In this document: positions 14,237-26,426 of the stretch, piece by piece
Position numbering within the stretch: the first letter of the stretch is position 1
Layout: each line of letters opens with the position of its first letter
Assembly (NCBI GenBank): GCA_030390025.1
Contig: CM059444.1
Span: forward strand, 24,676,001 to 24,740,000
DNA from: Squalus acanthias
Lineage: Eukaryota
DNA: 64,000 nucleotides
Direction: 5' to 3'
Notes under the pieces: generated by a model
Seen by the model: only the letters and a program-made list of their open reading frames with translations
The model's database searches: none
Told to the model about the DNA's origin: nothing
Translations under genes and position numbers: made by a program

Positions 14237-14635
14237 GTGTCAGCCTTCACTCAGAGGTAGCAATCTCACCTCTTAAAGTCAGTAGGTCATGGATTCAAGC
14301 CCCACTCCAGAGACTACAGCACATAATCTAGGCTGATACTTCAGTGCACGACTGAGGCAGTGCTGCACTGTTGGAAGTGCCATCTTTCAGATGAGACAGT
14401 CAACTGAGGCCCCATAAAAGATCCTGTGGCACTATTCGAAGAAGAGCGAGGGAGTTCTCCCGGTGTTTGAGCTAATACTTATCCCTTAACCACCACCACT
14501 AAAACAGATTATCTGGTCATTTACCTCTCTGCGCAAATTATCTGTCACATATCCTACAGTCTTTACATTTAAAAAATATTTAATTGGCTGTGAAGTCCTT
14601 ATGTACATTCTGAGGTTGTGAAAGGCACTATAAAT
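14237..14635 (+). mobile_element. tRNA-derived DeuSINE (SacSINE1-like)
   Basis: tRNA-like head, Deu-type core (gtgccatctttcagatgag...ggcactattcgaagaagagc) and L2-like tail; multiple copies in the window. Confidence 0.85.
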
Positions 14636-14962
14636 CCAATGGGGAGGGGTAAGGTTTGGGGAGGAATATGACTTCCGTCCAAAATGGCACGAAGTCAGTG
14701 CTCCTCACTGCCCCACAAAATGCACCTGTAAAGTATTTCTGGGGCTTTCCAATAGCTGCCACCAGCAATCCCTTTAAGGACCACTGGTTAGGGTGCTCAC
14801 CACCGCGTACAAATGGACGGAACGTGCACAGTGCCCACTCTAAAATTTTGCCTGAAAATTACAATCGGGTGTCCTCTGGCGTAGGACACTGGTTTGCTAC
14901 TTAGGCAGCCTTGCGCCTGAAACCACGGGCATGCTGCTCTCGCATTTACAGACCCTCCTGAA

Positions 14963-16303
14963 AATAGCAGAGCACTTGGAAAACAGTGACAGGATCGGAC
15001 AAAGTCAACATGGATTTACAAAAGGTAAATCGTGCTTGACTAATCTACTGGAATTTTTTGAGGATGTAACTGGTAGAATAGATAAGGGAGAACCAGTGGA
15101 TGTGGTGTATTTGGACTTTCAGAAGGCTTTCGATAAGGTCCCGCATAAGAGATTAGCGTGCAAAGTTAAAGCACATGGGATTGGGGGTAAGGTACTGATT
15201 TGGATAGAGAACTGGTTGGCAGACAGGAAGCAAAGAGTTGGAATAAACGGGTCTTTTTCCGAGTGGCAGGCAGTGACTAGTGGGGTACCGCAGGGATCGG
15301 TGCTAGGACCCCAGCTATTCACAATATATATTAATGATCTAGACGAGGGAACTAGATGTAATATCTCCAAGTTTGCAGACAACACAAAGCTGGGTGGGCG
15401 TGTGTGCTGTGAGGAGGATGCAGAGAAACTCCAGTATGATTTGGACAGGTTGAGTGATTGGGCAGATGCATGGCAGATGCAGTATAATGTGGATAAATGC
15501 GAGGTTATCCACTTTGGTGGCAAAAACAGGAAGACAGATTATTATCTGAACGGCAATAGATTGGGAAAAGGGGAAGTGCAATGAGATCTGGGAGTCCTTG
15601 TGCACCAGTCGCTGAAGGTAAGCATGCAGGTGCAGCAGGCGGTTAAGAAGGCAAATGGTATGTTGACCTTCATAGCGAGAGGATTCGAGTACAGGAGCAA
15701 GGATGTCTTGCTGCAGTTGTACAAGGCCTTGGTGAGACTACACCTTGAGTATTGTGTGCAGTTTTGGTCGCCTTATCTGAGGAAGGATGTTCTTGCCATG
15801 GAGGGAGTGCAGCGAAGATTTACCAGACTGATACCTGGGATGGCAGGAATGACGTATGAAGAGAGATTGGGTCGATTAGGCTTATATTCACTAGAGTTTA
15901 GAAGAATGAGAGGGGATCTCATTGAAACTTATAAAATTCTAACAGGACTAGACAAACTAGATGCAGGAAGGATGATCCCGATGGCAGGGGAGTCCAGAAC
16001 CAGAGGTCACAGTCTAAGGATAAGGGGTAAGCCATTTAGGACTGAGATGAGGAGGAATTTCTTCACCCAGAGAGTGGTGAACCTGTGGAATTCTCTACCA
16101 CAGAAGGCAGTTGAGGCTAATTCATTAAATATATTCAAGATGGAGATAGATATATTTCTTAAGGCTAAAGGGATCAAGGGATATGGGGAGAAAGCAGGGA
16201 CAGGGTACTAAATTTGGATGATCAGCCATGATCTCATTAAATGGCGGAGCAGGCTCGAGGGGCCGAATGGCCTACTCCTGCTCCTATCTTCTTTGCTTCT
16301 ATG
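14963..16303 (+). mobile_element. CR1 LINE, 5'-truncated, young subfamily
   Basis: ORFs 14931..15584 and 15600..16211 are near-identical to the 920-aa ORF2; one CGA>TGA stop at 15582 and FADD>FADN. Confidence 0.95.
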
Positions 16304-16628
16304 CATCAGGCACACCTTGGACGTCAGTGGCGTGCCCGAGATGCCCCCCACCCCCTCCAAATGTTCAACTGCTGACAGCTTGTTTTTCAGGTGAGATGAG
16401 GCAGTCGGCAGTGGCCCAGACAATTAGAAATAATACAGTTTTGATGGACAGGCATGGGACAAGAAGTTCCTGAAACTCTAACAGGAGGAAAGCCAAGCTG
16501 TTTTAAGATCCCCATAAGCAGAGACCAGCTGGAGGAAAAGTACTGTTTCTGGCAAAAACTTAGTCACAAATAGTGTAGGCAGAATGAACTGCAGTTGTTA
16601 AAATGTTTGCAGACCAAGATATTTGTTT

Positions 16629-16928
16629 GGCCCAGAATTTCCTGCAGACCTGCACCATTGGAATGGCACATCTACGGCATTAGGTCCATTTGCCACCACG
16701 AAAGTCCCAGGAAGTTATGGCGTAAGTGAGTTACGCCATTATTCACACTGCACCATAAGTTCCTGGAACCTATGCCAGTACCCTTGCCTGAAACTGTGAA
16801 AAGTTGATTATCATAGCCCCGCATCCCAGGAAATTTTGGTGTAAATTTGCAATGGGAAGATTAATGCGAGAAACAGCTTAATTTACGGCACACATCATTG
16901 ATCGAGTCGTTTCAGGAAATTCTAGGCC
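16629..16928. mobile_element. Harbinger-type MITE
   Basis: TIRs GGCCCAGAATTTCCTG / CAGGAAATTCTAGGCC; no clean TSD. Confidence 0.65.
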
Positions 16929-17673
16929 ACATCAATAAAGGCATTATACAGTAAAGGGGCTTTAGAGTTGGGAAGCCTTATTAAGGGGACCATCCATTTG
17001 CTGGTGATCTGCTATGCTTTACTGGATGCCAGCATTTGACTGAATGTTCTGGGAGGATGAGGGTCTGTACTGCAGATTTACTGATAAGGTCCACTACTGA
17101 TAATTCAACTTCATTTTTTTTTTGCTCTGGGAAATTTTGAATGATCCAATACTTTGAATTAAGCAATGTAATTAACACCACAGTAGAAATGTTGTGCTAA
17201 AAAATTGAACTGACAGATCATTTGGAATTAAGACTGTATCCACCTGTTTTCTCATTGAAGTCAATGGAAAGAAAAATCTGCTGGGGTCTATAATGGGCTA
17301 TTGCCCGTTTTACGTCCACCCCCAAAAGTTGACTTTCTCCCTAGGTCTCAGCTGAAGTAAAATACTCAAATTTTTGATTATCCTCCTTAGCCATGTAGTT
17401 CTTCACTTTCTCAAGATTAGCCGTTAACAATGTTTTAATGGTATTATGGATTCTGCTTCCACCACTGTTTCTGCTGGTACATTCCGTGTCCTAAAAACCG
17501 ATCGTGTTTAAAAAAGAAATGGGCTTTATTCTGAACATTTTTCTTGTGATTGTTAATTCACATTTGGAGGGCTAAGAGCCGCACTAAATATGAATGAATA
17601 TTCAGGTAGCATTCATTACGGTTTGCTCCCGTCTACTTTTTCACTAAAATTAGTGAACAAAGGATAATATATA

Positions 17674-17858
17674 GGGGGTGAAATTGGACCTGGGCGGGTC
17701 GCAAAACAGGTGGTGTCACATCGGACGTTCGTTATACGGCCTGCCCCATATGCAGTTTCATTGACTTCAATAGATCTGAATATCGGGCGTGTGGTATAAT
17801 GGGCGGCAAAAGTGATTCTGCCCGTCTTGCGTCACCATCCATGTCCAATTTCACTCCC
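17674..17858. mobile_element. Short palindromic MITE (GGGGGTGAAATTGG family)
   Basis: TIRs GGGGGTGAAATTGGAC / GTCCAATTTCACTCCC; ATA on both flanks; central cattgacttcaat. Confidence 0.82.
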
Positions 17859-18439
17859 ATAGTCTTTAAAGTTCAACTTCTTACCAACTTTCTTTTGCTT
17901 ATATAATAAGATTTTTGTAGAAGACTAAATTTTAGCCAGCTCAATGTTACCTTCATATCCTTATGTTGCAAGCTTCACTCTTTTTTTTGAATCCTGGTCA
18001 TTTTTTTTCAACTGACACAATTCTTTTGATTTCAAAACATTTATTGTTAATCTGCCAATTTCCACTTCATGCCTGTCGCCAAATTTGTTTGTTTGATAAG
18101 TTGTCATGTTGCCTCGGGGTGTTTCATTTGCAGCAGCAGCAAATGTGTCGCTTCACAGCAGCTGCCAAATCACACTTTGCTTAAGAATTTTTTTAGGGTG
18201 TTTCTGTTTTTTACAATATCCCACTTTAAAAAAAAAACATTTTACAGAACAGGAGGGCATTTGAGCCATCCTGACTGTACCAACTCTCTTCAGAGTTTAG
18301 TCCTGTTCCCCTACCTTTGCCACATACCATTTTAAGTTTTTATTTTTCAAATGTTTATCCAATCCCCTTGTAAAAGTAATTATAACTTCTGCTTCTATCA
18401 GTGTTTCTGCTGGGACATACCCCATCCTAAAAACTCTCT

Positions 18440-18828
18440 GGCCGAGAAATTTGATCACGCCAGCTTGCACTCCTGCTCCATCCGGCTCTATATTCAGGTA
18501 AGTATTTTTTAAACACTTACCTCTTTGGTGGCGGCCTACTGGGCTGCATGTAGACCTGGTTTTCCTGAATGCAGCCAGCAATGTGCCGGCTGCATTCAGG
18601 GCAGCCCAATTTTGCACAGCGGGCCTGAAACAGGCATTAGGTTCCTTATTTGCATATGCAAAGGCCCTAATGCCTGTTTCGGGCTTGGGCACTGGACACC
18701 TATACCAATATGGCAGGCGGCATATGTCCAGCTCGGAATGAGCACGTGCTTCCTGATTACTACATTGGAAGCTTAGGCGCCCATTTAGTGCCTGAAAAAC
18801 AGGTGCAGTGCCATCAAATATCTAGACT
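18440..18828. mobile_element. Palindromic MITE inserted in a decayed CR1 fragment
   Basis: Imperfect TIRs GGCCGAGAAATTTGAT / ATCAAATATCTAGACT; TCT on both flanks; strong central hairpin around TTTGCATATGCAAA. Confidence 0.65.
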
Positions 18829-20261
18829 TCTCTCTGTAAAGTTCTCCAACCCTTTCTCCTTTTGTTTATTTGATGCAGATCTTAAATTTACGCCCTCTTG
18901 TTTTTGTCTCACCAACCAGTGCAGTTTTTCTCTGGTACAATATCCTCCAATTAATTCACACACTACCCAATACATGAACCTCGATGTATTCCACTCTCCG
19001 TCTTATCCTCTGACACTTTGCATGCTCAACCAGTGCAATTTTTTGACTTCCTGGTGTTTATGTTCTGGTTTGCTGTTAAACAGCATTGAAACTGATCAGG
19101 TTATCCATGGTTGCTGTTTGGATTTAAAAAACACATTTTTTAGATTACTGAGGGAGGAGGCCTCTCTGCATGTTGGATTTGACAATTGTTGAATAACGCA
19201 GCAGCCATGGATTAAAATTCAATTTTATATAAAATGTTTTTTTCTCACTGAAGAGATGTGCTGTGGATGAAAAACTGAGCATATGAAATAAAAACCCAAT
19301 CCGTGCTATCACTTTTGATCTATTAATTTATTATGTAAATAAGATGTAAATCGTAGTTTTACTGAACAAACCTCCACAAATAGTATTTATCACAAAATCT
19401 GACTGGCTGATAAATGACTGGTAATGATAATATAATGGCTGCACATTAGGATAGCGTAGATGTCTCCAAACAGCTGTGAAAACCATCTGTTAGACCACAT
19501 GACTTGCAGATATGTTCAATGTTTTTGCTGTAACTGTCCCATTATACCTCATTTTAAACCAATCATGACAGCAATTTTGTGTATTCTTCTTGAGAAGAAT
19601 TATTTGATTACATTTTAGCGATTAATGAAGAATGAGTGCCAAACTGGATAAAAGACCCAAAGTTGCTCCAACTCAGTTATTTTTGGTATATTGATGAAAA
19701 TGTAAATTTAACTTAAATTTTGACCCATTCAATTTTTAGCGTGCCTGTCCTTTTAATTATTGACAGCCTTCTATTGCTATTTTTGTTTTCCTGCTTTATA
19801 GACATACAAGTGCACACAGATGATCACGTGCTTTTCAATCACAGTGCCGCTGTCATTGTCTTGTCATCACAATGACCTGTTGTTCCTGTCAAATATTACA
19901 GCAGCAAAAGTAGGAGTCATGTTCACATTCATTTACAAATCCTTAATAACCTAGTGAGGCATATGCATCTTCTGGCAGAAATTGGAATCTATCCTATTTC
20001 AAATTATAACATTTCCATATTATATCTAGGCTAAAAGTAGTAAATTTGAACTAGATACTGTTATGTGCTTGATGGAACTGCTTTGTTTGTTCGCTTTGAG
20101 CAAATATGGGGTAGAGGAGCAAAGGGATCTGGGAGTACAAATACACAAATCACTAAAAGTAGTGATGCAGGTTAATAAGGCCATAAAAAAAGGGAACCAA
20201 GCACTAGGGTTTACCCATAGAGGTATAGAATTGAAAACGAGAGAAGCTATGCTAAATGTGT

Positions 20262-20742
20262 TGTAAGAAATTGTGAATTGGAAGAAATAACTTGAGACAA
20301 AAAAGTCTCTTCAGACTGGTGTTAGAATAACTGGATAGACGCTTAGAATTTGCTTGTGTTCTTGGTTCCCTGCGGATGTTATAACATTCTGCACCGTGGC
20401 GGTGACCTTGTTTCCAGACTAGCTGTCTGCTGTTTGTGTGCTAGAAAGGTTGTTGACTGTATCTTTGATAATCTACCCTGGGCCCACCCCTAAAAAGAGA
20501 GTAAAAGAGATTTCTAAAGAGCTTTTAGCACAGACGGTGAAGGGAAGGTAAGAGCTGTTCGCGCACGCCAGCCGTCTGTCCGATCGGGACCGATACCAGC
20601 TGCTTGTCACGGTCGTATGTCTACTATGTCTATCTTGATTGCATGTTGTACTTAACTTAAACTGCCGCTCCTTAATAAAATGCCTTACAACTCCTAAGAC
20701 CCTTTGGGTAATCTGTGTGTGACCTGTGAGCCAAATCTTACA
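20262..20742 (+). mobile_element. Solo LTR (Gypsy or ERV type)
   Basis: Termini TGTAAGA...TCTTACA; 4-bp duplication GTGT (20258-20261, 20743-20746); AATAAA at 20674-20679; host CR1 resumes exactly across it. Confidence 0.85.
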
Positions 20743-20930
20743 GTGTATTGAACCTTGGTTAGACCACACTTGGAGTACTGTTTACAGTTCTGGTCGCCAT
20801 ATTATAAAAAGGATATAGAAGCACCGGAGAGGATGTCAAAAAATATTTACAAGGATGATACCAGAACTGCGAGGTTATACCTATCAGGAAAGGATGAACC
20901 AGCTGGGTCTCTTTTATCTTGACCTAATAG

Positions 20931-21392
20931 AGAAAAGAAAAAAGAAGAACTTGCATTTATATAGCGCCTTTCATAACCTCAGGATGTCCCAAAGCGCTTT
21001 ACATCCAATGAAGTACTTTTTGCAGTGTAGTCACTGTTGTAATGTAGGAAACGCGGCAGCCAATTTGCACACAGCAAGCTCCCACAAACAGCAATGTGAT
21101 AATGACCAGATAATCTGTTTTTGTTATGTTGATTGAGGGATAAATATTGGCCAGGACACCAGGGATAACTCCACTACTCTTCTTCGAAATAGTGCCTTAG
21201 GATCTTTTACGTCCACCTGAGAGAGCAGACGTCTCATCCAAAAGATGGCACCTCCGAAGGTGCAGCGCTCCCTCAGCACTGCACTGGAGTGTCAGCCTAG
21301 ATTTTTGTGCTTAAGTCTCTGGAGTGGGACTATGAACGCACAACCTTCTGACTCAGAGGCAAGAGTGCTACGAACTGAGTCACGGCTGGTAC
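20931..21392 (-). mobile_element. DeuSINE (SacSINE1-like)
   Basis: Reverse complement of the SINE at 42562-43017. Confidence 0.88.
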
Positions 21393-21707
21393 TAATATCA
21401 ATACAGGTCTCTAAAATTATGAAAGGTTTTGATAGAGTAGACCCAGAAAGAGTGTTTCCACTTTTGGGGAAGAGCAAAACCAGAGGCCATTAATATAAGA
21501 TAGTCACCAAGAAATCAAATAGGGAATTCAGAAGAAACTTCTTTACCCAGAGTGGTGAGAATGTGGAACTTGCTACCACAGGGAGTAGTTGAAGCGAATA
21601 GTGTAGATGCATTTAAGGGGAAACATAGAAGATAGGAGCAGGAGTAGGCCATTCGGCCCCTCGAGCCTGCTCCGCCATTCGATGAGATCATGGCTGATCA
21701 TCCAAAC

Positions 21708-24470
21708 TCAGTACCTTGTACCTGCCTTCTCCCCATATTCCTTGATACCTTTAGCTTTAAGAAATATATCTAACTCATTCTTGAATATATTTAATGACTT
21801 GGCCTCAACTACCTTCTGTGGTAGAGAATTCCACAGGTTCACCACTCTCTGGGTGAAGAAATTCTTCCTCATTTCTGTCCTAAATGGCTTACCCGTTATC
21901 CTTAGATTATGACCCCTGGTTCTGGACTCTCCGACCATCAGGAACATTCTTCCTGCATCTAGTTTGTCCAGACCTGTCAGAATTTTATATGTTTCGATGA
22001 GATCCCCTCTCATTCTTCTATACTCCAGCGAGTATAAGCCCAATCGACCCAATCTCTCCTCATATGTCATTCCTGCCATCCCAGGTATCAGCCTTGTGAA
22101 TCTTCGCTGAACTCCTTCCATGGCAAGAACATCCTTCCTCAGATAAGGCGACCAAAACTGCACACAGTACTCAAGGTGTGGTCTCACCAAGGCCCTGTAC
22201 AACTGCAGCAGGACATCCCTGTTCCTATACTCAAACCCTTTCGCTATGAAGGCCAACATACCATTTGCCTTCTTCACCGCCTGCTGCACCTGCATGCTTA
22301 CTTTCAGCGACTGGTGCACAAGGACACCTAGGTCTCGTTGCACTTCCCCTTCTCCCAATCTATTGCCATTCAGATAATAGTCTGCCTTTCTGTTTTTGAC
22401 ACCAAAGTGGATAACCTCGCACTTATCCACGTTATATTGCATCTGCCACGCTTCTGCCCACTCACCCAACCTGTCCAAATCATCCTGGAGTTTCTCTGCA
22501 TCCTCCTCGCAGCACACACTCCCACCCAGCTTTGTGTCATCTGCAAACTTGGAGATATTACATTTAGTTCCCTTATCTAGATCACTAATGTATATTGTGA
22601 ATAGCTGGGGTCCAAGGACCGATCCCTGCGGTACCCCACTAGTCACTGCTTGCCACTCGGAAAAAGACCCATTAATTCCTACTCTCTGCTTTCTGTCCGC
22701 CAACCAGTTCTCTATCCAAGTCAATACCTTGCCCCCAATCCCATGTGCCTTAACTTTACATGCTAATCTCTTATGCGGGACCTTATCGAAAGCCTTTTGA
22801 AAGTCCAAATACACCACATCTACTGGTTCTCCCTTATCTATTTTCCCAGTTACATCCTCAAAAAATTCCAGTAGATTAGTCAAGCACGATTTACCTTTTG
22901 TAAATCCATGTTGACTTTGTCCGATCCTGTCACTGTTTTTCAAGTGCTCAGCTATTACATCCTTTATAATGGACTCTAGCATTTTCCCCAATACCGATGT
23001 CAGGCTTACCGGTCTGTAATTCCCCGCTTTCTCTCTACCACCCTTTTTGAATAGTGGGGTAACATTAGCTACCCTCCAATCCATGGGTACAGTTCCAGAT
23101 TCCATCGAATGTTGGAAGATGATCAGCAATGCATCTACTATTTCTAGGGCCACTTCCTTAAGTACCCTAGGATGTAGATTATCAGGCCCTGGGGATTTAT
23201 CGGCCTTCAATCCCGTCAATTTCCCTAACACCATTTCCCTGCAAATACTGATTTCTTTCAGTTCCTCCCTTTCATCAGACCGTATGTTCTCCAACATCTC
23301 TGGGAGGTTATTTGTGTCCTCCTTTGTGAAGACAGAACCAAAATATGCATTTAATTGGTCTGCCATTTCTTTGTTCCCCATTATAACTTCCCCCGCTTCT
23401 GACTGCAAGGGACCTACACTTGATTTCACTAATCTTTTTCTCTTCACATATCTATAAAAGCTCTTACAGTCAGTTTTTATGTTCCCAGCAAGCTTACTTT
23501 CATATTCTATTTTCCCCTTCTTAATTAATCCCTTTGTCCTCCTTTGTTGAATCCTAAACTGCTCCCAATCCTCAGGGCTACCGCTTTTTCTGGCCAATTT
23601 ATATGCCCTCTCCTTGGATCTTATGCTATCCCTAATTTCCCTTGTTAGCCACGGTTGAGTCACCCTTTTTGTTTTATTCTTATGCCACACTGGGATGAAC
23701 AAATTCTGTAGTTCATCCATGCAGTCTTTGAATGTTTGCCATTGCCTATCCACCGTCAACCCCTTGAGTGACATTCCCCAATCAATCCTACCCAATTCGC
23801 GCCTCATACCATCGTAATTTCCTTTATTTAAATTCAGGACCCTAGTCTCTGATTCAACGACTTCACTCTCCATCCTAATGAAGAATTCTATCATATTATG
23901 ATCACTCTGACCCAAGGGGCCTCGTACAACAAGATTGCTAATTAATCCTTTCTCGTTACATAATACCCAGTCTAAGATGGCCTGATCTCTGGTTGGTTCC
24001 TCGACATATTGTTCCAGAAAACCATCTTGTAAACATTCTAGGAATTCCTCCTCCACAGTATTTTTACTAATTTGGTTAGCCCAATCTATATGTAAATTAA
24101 AGTCACCCATGATGACTGCTGTGCCCTTACTGCATGCTTCTCTAATTTCCCTTTTAATGCCATCCCCAACCTCCGTATTACTGTTTGGAGGTCTATATAC
24201 CACTCCCACTAACGTTTTCTGCCCCTTGTTATTTCTCAGTTCTACCCATACAGATTCCGCATCATCAGAGCTAATATCCTTCCTTTCAATTGTGTTAATC
24301 CCCTCTTTAACCAGCAATGCTACCCCACCTCCCTTTCTTTTTTGCCTATCTTTCCTAAATATTGAATAACCCTGGATGTTGAGTTCCCAGCCTTGGCCAC
24401 CCTGGAGCCATGTTTCTGTAATCCCAATCAAATCGTATTCATTTACCTCTATTTGCGCAGCTCCTTGCAT
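21708..24470 (-). CDS. CR1 ORF2: APE endonuclease plus reverse transcriptase (920 aa; extreme N-terminus frameshifted off)
   Basis: GITETWL, GVVYRPP, MGDFN, SDHN (EN); [28 protein letters not shown] (RT); no internal stops. Confidence 0.93.
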   Translation of the reverse strand: MQGAAQIEVNEYDLIGITETWLQGGQGWELNIQGYSIFRKDRQKRKGGGVALLVKEGINTIERKDISSDDAESVWVELRNNKGQKTLVGVVYRPPNSNTEVGDGIKREIREACSKGTAVIMGDFNLHIDWANQISKNTVEEEFLECLQDGFLEQYVEEPTRDQAILDWVLCNEKGLISNLVVRGPLGQSDHNMIEFFIRMESEVVESETRVLNLNKGNYDGMRRELGRIDWGMSLKGLTVDRQWQTFKDCMDELQNLFIPVWHKNKTKRVTQPWLTREIRDSIRSKERAYKLARKSGSPEDWEQFRIQQRRTKGLIKKGKIEYESKLAGNIKTDCKSFYRYVKRKRLVKSSVGPLQSEAGEVIMGNKEMADQLNAYFGSVFTKEDTNNLPEMLENIRSDEREELKEISICREMVLGKLTGLKADKSPGPDNLHPRVLKEVALEIVDALLIIFQHSMESGTVPMDWRVANVTPLFKKGGREKAGNYRPVSLTSVLGKMLESIIKDVIAEHLKNSDRIGQSQHGFTKGKSCLTNLLEFFEDVTGKIDKGEPVDVVYLDFQKAFDKVPHKRLACKVKAHGIGGKVLTWIENWLADRKQRVGINGSFSEWQAVTSGVPQGSVLGPQLFTIYISDLDKGTKCNISKFADDTKLGGSVCCEEDAEKLQDDLDRLGEWAEAWQMQYNVDKCEVIHFGVKNRKADYYLNGNRLGEGEVQRDLGVLVHQSLKVSMQVQQAVKKANGMLAFIAKGFEYRNRDVLLQLYRALVRPHLEYCVQFWSPYLRKDVLAMEGVQRRFTRLIPGMAGMTYEERLGRLGLYSLEYRRMRGDLIETYKILTGLDKLDAGRMFLMVGESRTRGHNLRITGKPFRTEMRKNFFTQRVVNLWNSLPQKVVEAKSLNIFKNELDIFLKAKGIKEYGEKAGTRY

Positions 24471-24665
24471 TAAGACACAAAGCCTTCAGGCTTGTTTTTT
24501 TAACGCTCTCAGACCTATATGAATTATTATTTACTGTGACCATGTTTGATTTAAACCGTTGAGTTCTTTGCCTTCTACCTTTGTTTTTCTCCTTCCTGTC
24601 TTTAGCTTTTATCTTTGTTTCCCTTTCCTCTGTCTCCCTGCTCAGGTTCCCAACTCCTTGCCACT

Positions 24666-25217
24666 TTAGTTTAAACCCTCCCCAACAGCACTAGCAAACA
24701 CTCCCCCAAGGTCATCGGTCCCGGCCCTGCCCAGGTGCAGACCGTCCCATTTGTACTGGTCGCACCTCCCCCAGAACCGGTTCCAATGTCCAAGGAATTT
24801 GAATCCCTCCCCCTTGCACCATTCCTCTAGCCACGTATTCATTTGAAATATCCTCCTATTTCTACTCTGACTAGCACGTGGCACTGGTAGCAATCCTGAG
24901 ATTACTACCTTTGAGGTCCTCGTTTTTAATTTACCTCCTAACTCCCTATATTCTGCTTTTAGGACCTCATCCCGTTTTTTACCTATATCGTTGATGCCTA
25001 TGTGCACCACGACAACTGGCTGCTCGCCCTCCCCCTCCAAAATGTTCTGTAGCCGCTCCAAGACGTCCTTGACCCTTGCACCAGGGAGGCAACACACCAT
25101 CCTGGAGTCTCGATTGCGGCCGCAGAAACGCCTATCTATTCCCCTTACAATTGAATCCCCTATCACTATAGCACTTCCACACTTTTTCCTCCCAGCCTGT
25201 GCAGCAGAGCCACCCAT
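24666..25217 (-). CDS. CR1 ORF1 C-terminal SGNH/GDSL esterase domain (5'-truncated)
   Basis: IVIGDSIVRG, LPGA, VHIGINDIG and DGLHL blocks typical of CR1 ORF1 esterases. Confidence 0.88.
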   Translation of the reverse strand: MGGSAAQAGRKKCGSAIVIGDSIVRGIDRRFCGRNRDSRMVCCLPGARVKDVLERLQNILEGEGEQPVVVVHIGINDIGKKRDEVLKAEYRELGGKLKTRTSKVVISGLLPVPRASQSRNRRIFQMNTWLEEWCKGEGFKFLGHWNRFWGRCDQYKWDGLHLGRAGTDDLGGVFASAVGEGLN

Positions 25218-25559
25218 GGTGTCAGGAATTTGGCTGCTGCCGCCTTCCCCTGATAAGCTAGATAAGCATATGAGGGAGAAGGGAATATGTTGATAGAGTT
25301 AAATGAGGAAGCATGAGAGGAGGCTCGAGTGGAGCATAAACACTGGCATGGACTGGTTGGGCCAAATGGCCTGTTTCTATGCTGTATATATGATGTAATT
25401 CTATACACAATCTGACTGGGGGCTTTACATGATGGAAACAGAAATCAAGGTGCATTGTATTAAAGGGAATGTGGTGGCAGGGATAGAAAATGGCAAAAGG
25501 ACAGAAAACAGAGAGCGGTGGGTGATTTCTTTTGGACTGGAGGGATATAAACAGTCCTA

Positions 25560-26040
25560 AAAAATGTGGTATCCCAGTATTTATAAATAGATGCAAAAGA
25601 AAAGAGGTAATCCTGAATCTATTGTTTAGGCCAGTTTTGAGTGCTCTGCTTTAGAAAGGATGTCCAGATCAAGGTGAGGTTACAGAAGAGATTTATTGAG
25701 ATGATATCAATGGTGATAAGCCTTAGTGACAGCAGAAACTTGAGAAACTGGGGCTCTTTTCACTAGAACTAAGAAATTTAAAAGGTGAACTGATAGACAT
25801 GTTCAAAATTATCAGTGGTTTTGATGATGTAAATAGGGGAAACTATTTCCACTGGTTGTTGTGTCAGTAATTATAGGACATAAATTTAAGATCATGAACA
25901 AAAGAATAAAAGGAGAGTTCAGCAGAAATTTACTGCACAGAGAGTTGTTAGAGCATGGATTGCCTTACATGCAATGGTGGAAGTAGAATAGCTATTAAAG
26001 CGGAAGTGGATAAGTATTTGAAAAAAAAAAATCAAAGATA
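25560..26040 (+). mobile_element. Degraded CR1 3' fragment
   Basis: gagaaactgggctcttttcactaga..., cagagagttgttagagcatgga resemble the CR1 RT C-terminus. Confidence 0.7.
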
Positions 26041-26426
26041 CCTAATTCTGTGCCAGTAACATTATATGATCAATTCTCTCCTGACTGTGAAAATTTTTGA
26101 TTAACTCAATGACGTGGTAGCTTGGCTCCACTGGTAGCACTCTTGCCTCTGAGTCAGAAGACTTTGGGTTCATGTCTCACTTCAAGATTTAGGCATATAA
26201 TCTGGGCTAACACTTCAGTGCAGCATTGAGGGGGTGTTGTGTTGTCAGAGTTGCTGTTCAGATGGAATGAAAGATCACTTTTTGTCACGTTTCAAAGAAC
26301 AGTAGGCAGTGTCTCTCCAACATTAATACGATAGCAAAATACTGCAGATGCTGGAAATCCGAAATAACAACAGAAAACGCTGGTAAAACTCAGCAGGCAA
26401 GGCAGCATCCGTGGAGAGAGAAACAG

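Larger units (their letters stand above)
21623..25253 (-). mobile_element. CR1 LINE, 3.6 kb, with the 3' part of ORF1 and nearly complete ORF2
   Basis: Esterase-type ORF1, EN-RT ORF2, 3' UTR and TTCTATGT tail. Confidence 0.96.
20105..25405 (+). mobile_element. Older CR1 3' fragment split by three nested insertions
   Basis: Pieces 20105-20261, 20743-20930, 21393-21622 and 25254-25405 join colinearly (EEQRDLGVQIH..., LVRPHLEY..., FFTQ..., 3' UTR). Confidence 0.85.

Noticed and set aside
22338-24369. Plus-strand ORFs opposite CR1 ORF2 (and equivalents at 602..1027, 12907..13470, 15119..15523, 40392..40847)
   Set aside because: Antisense shadows of LINE coding sequence that recur in every copy; no independent gene features.
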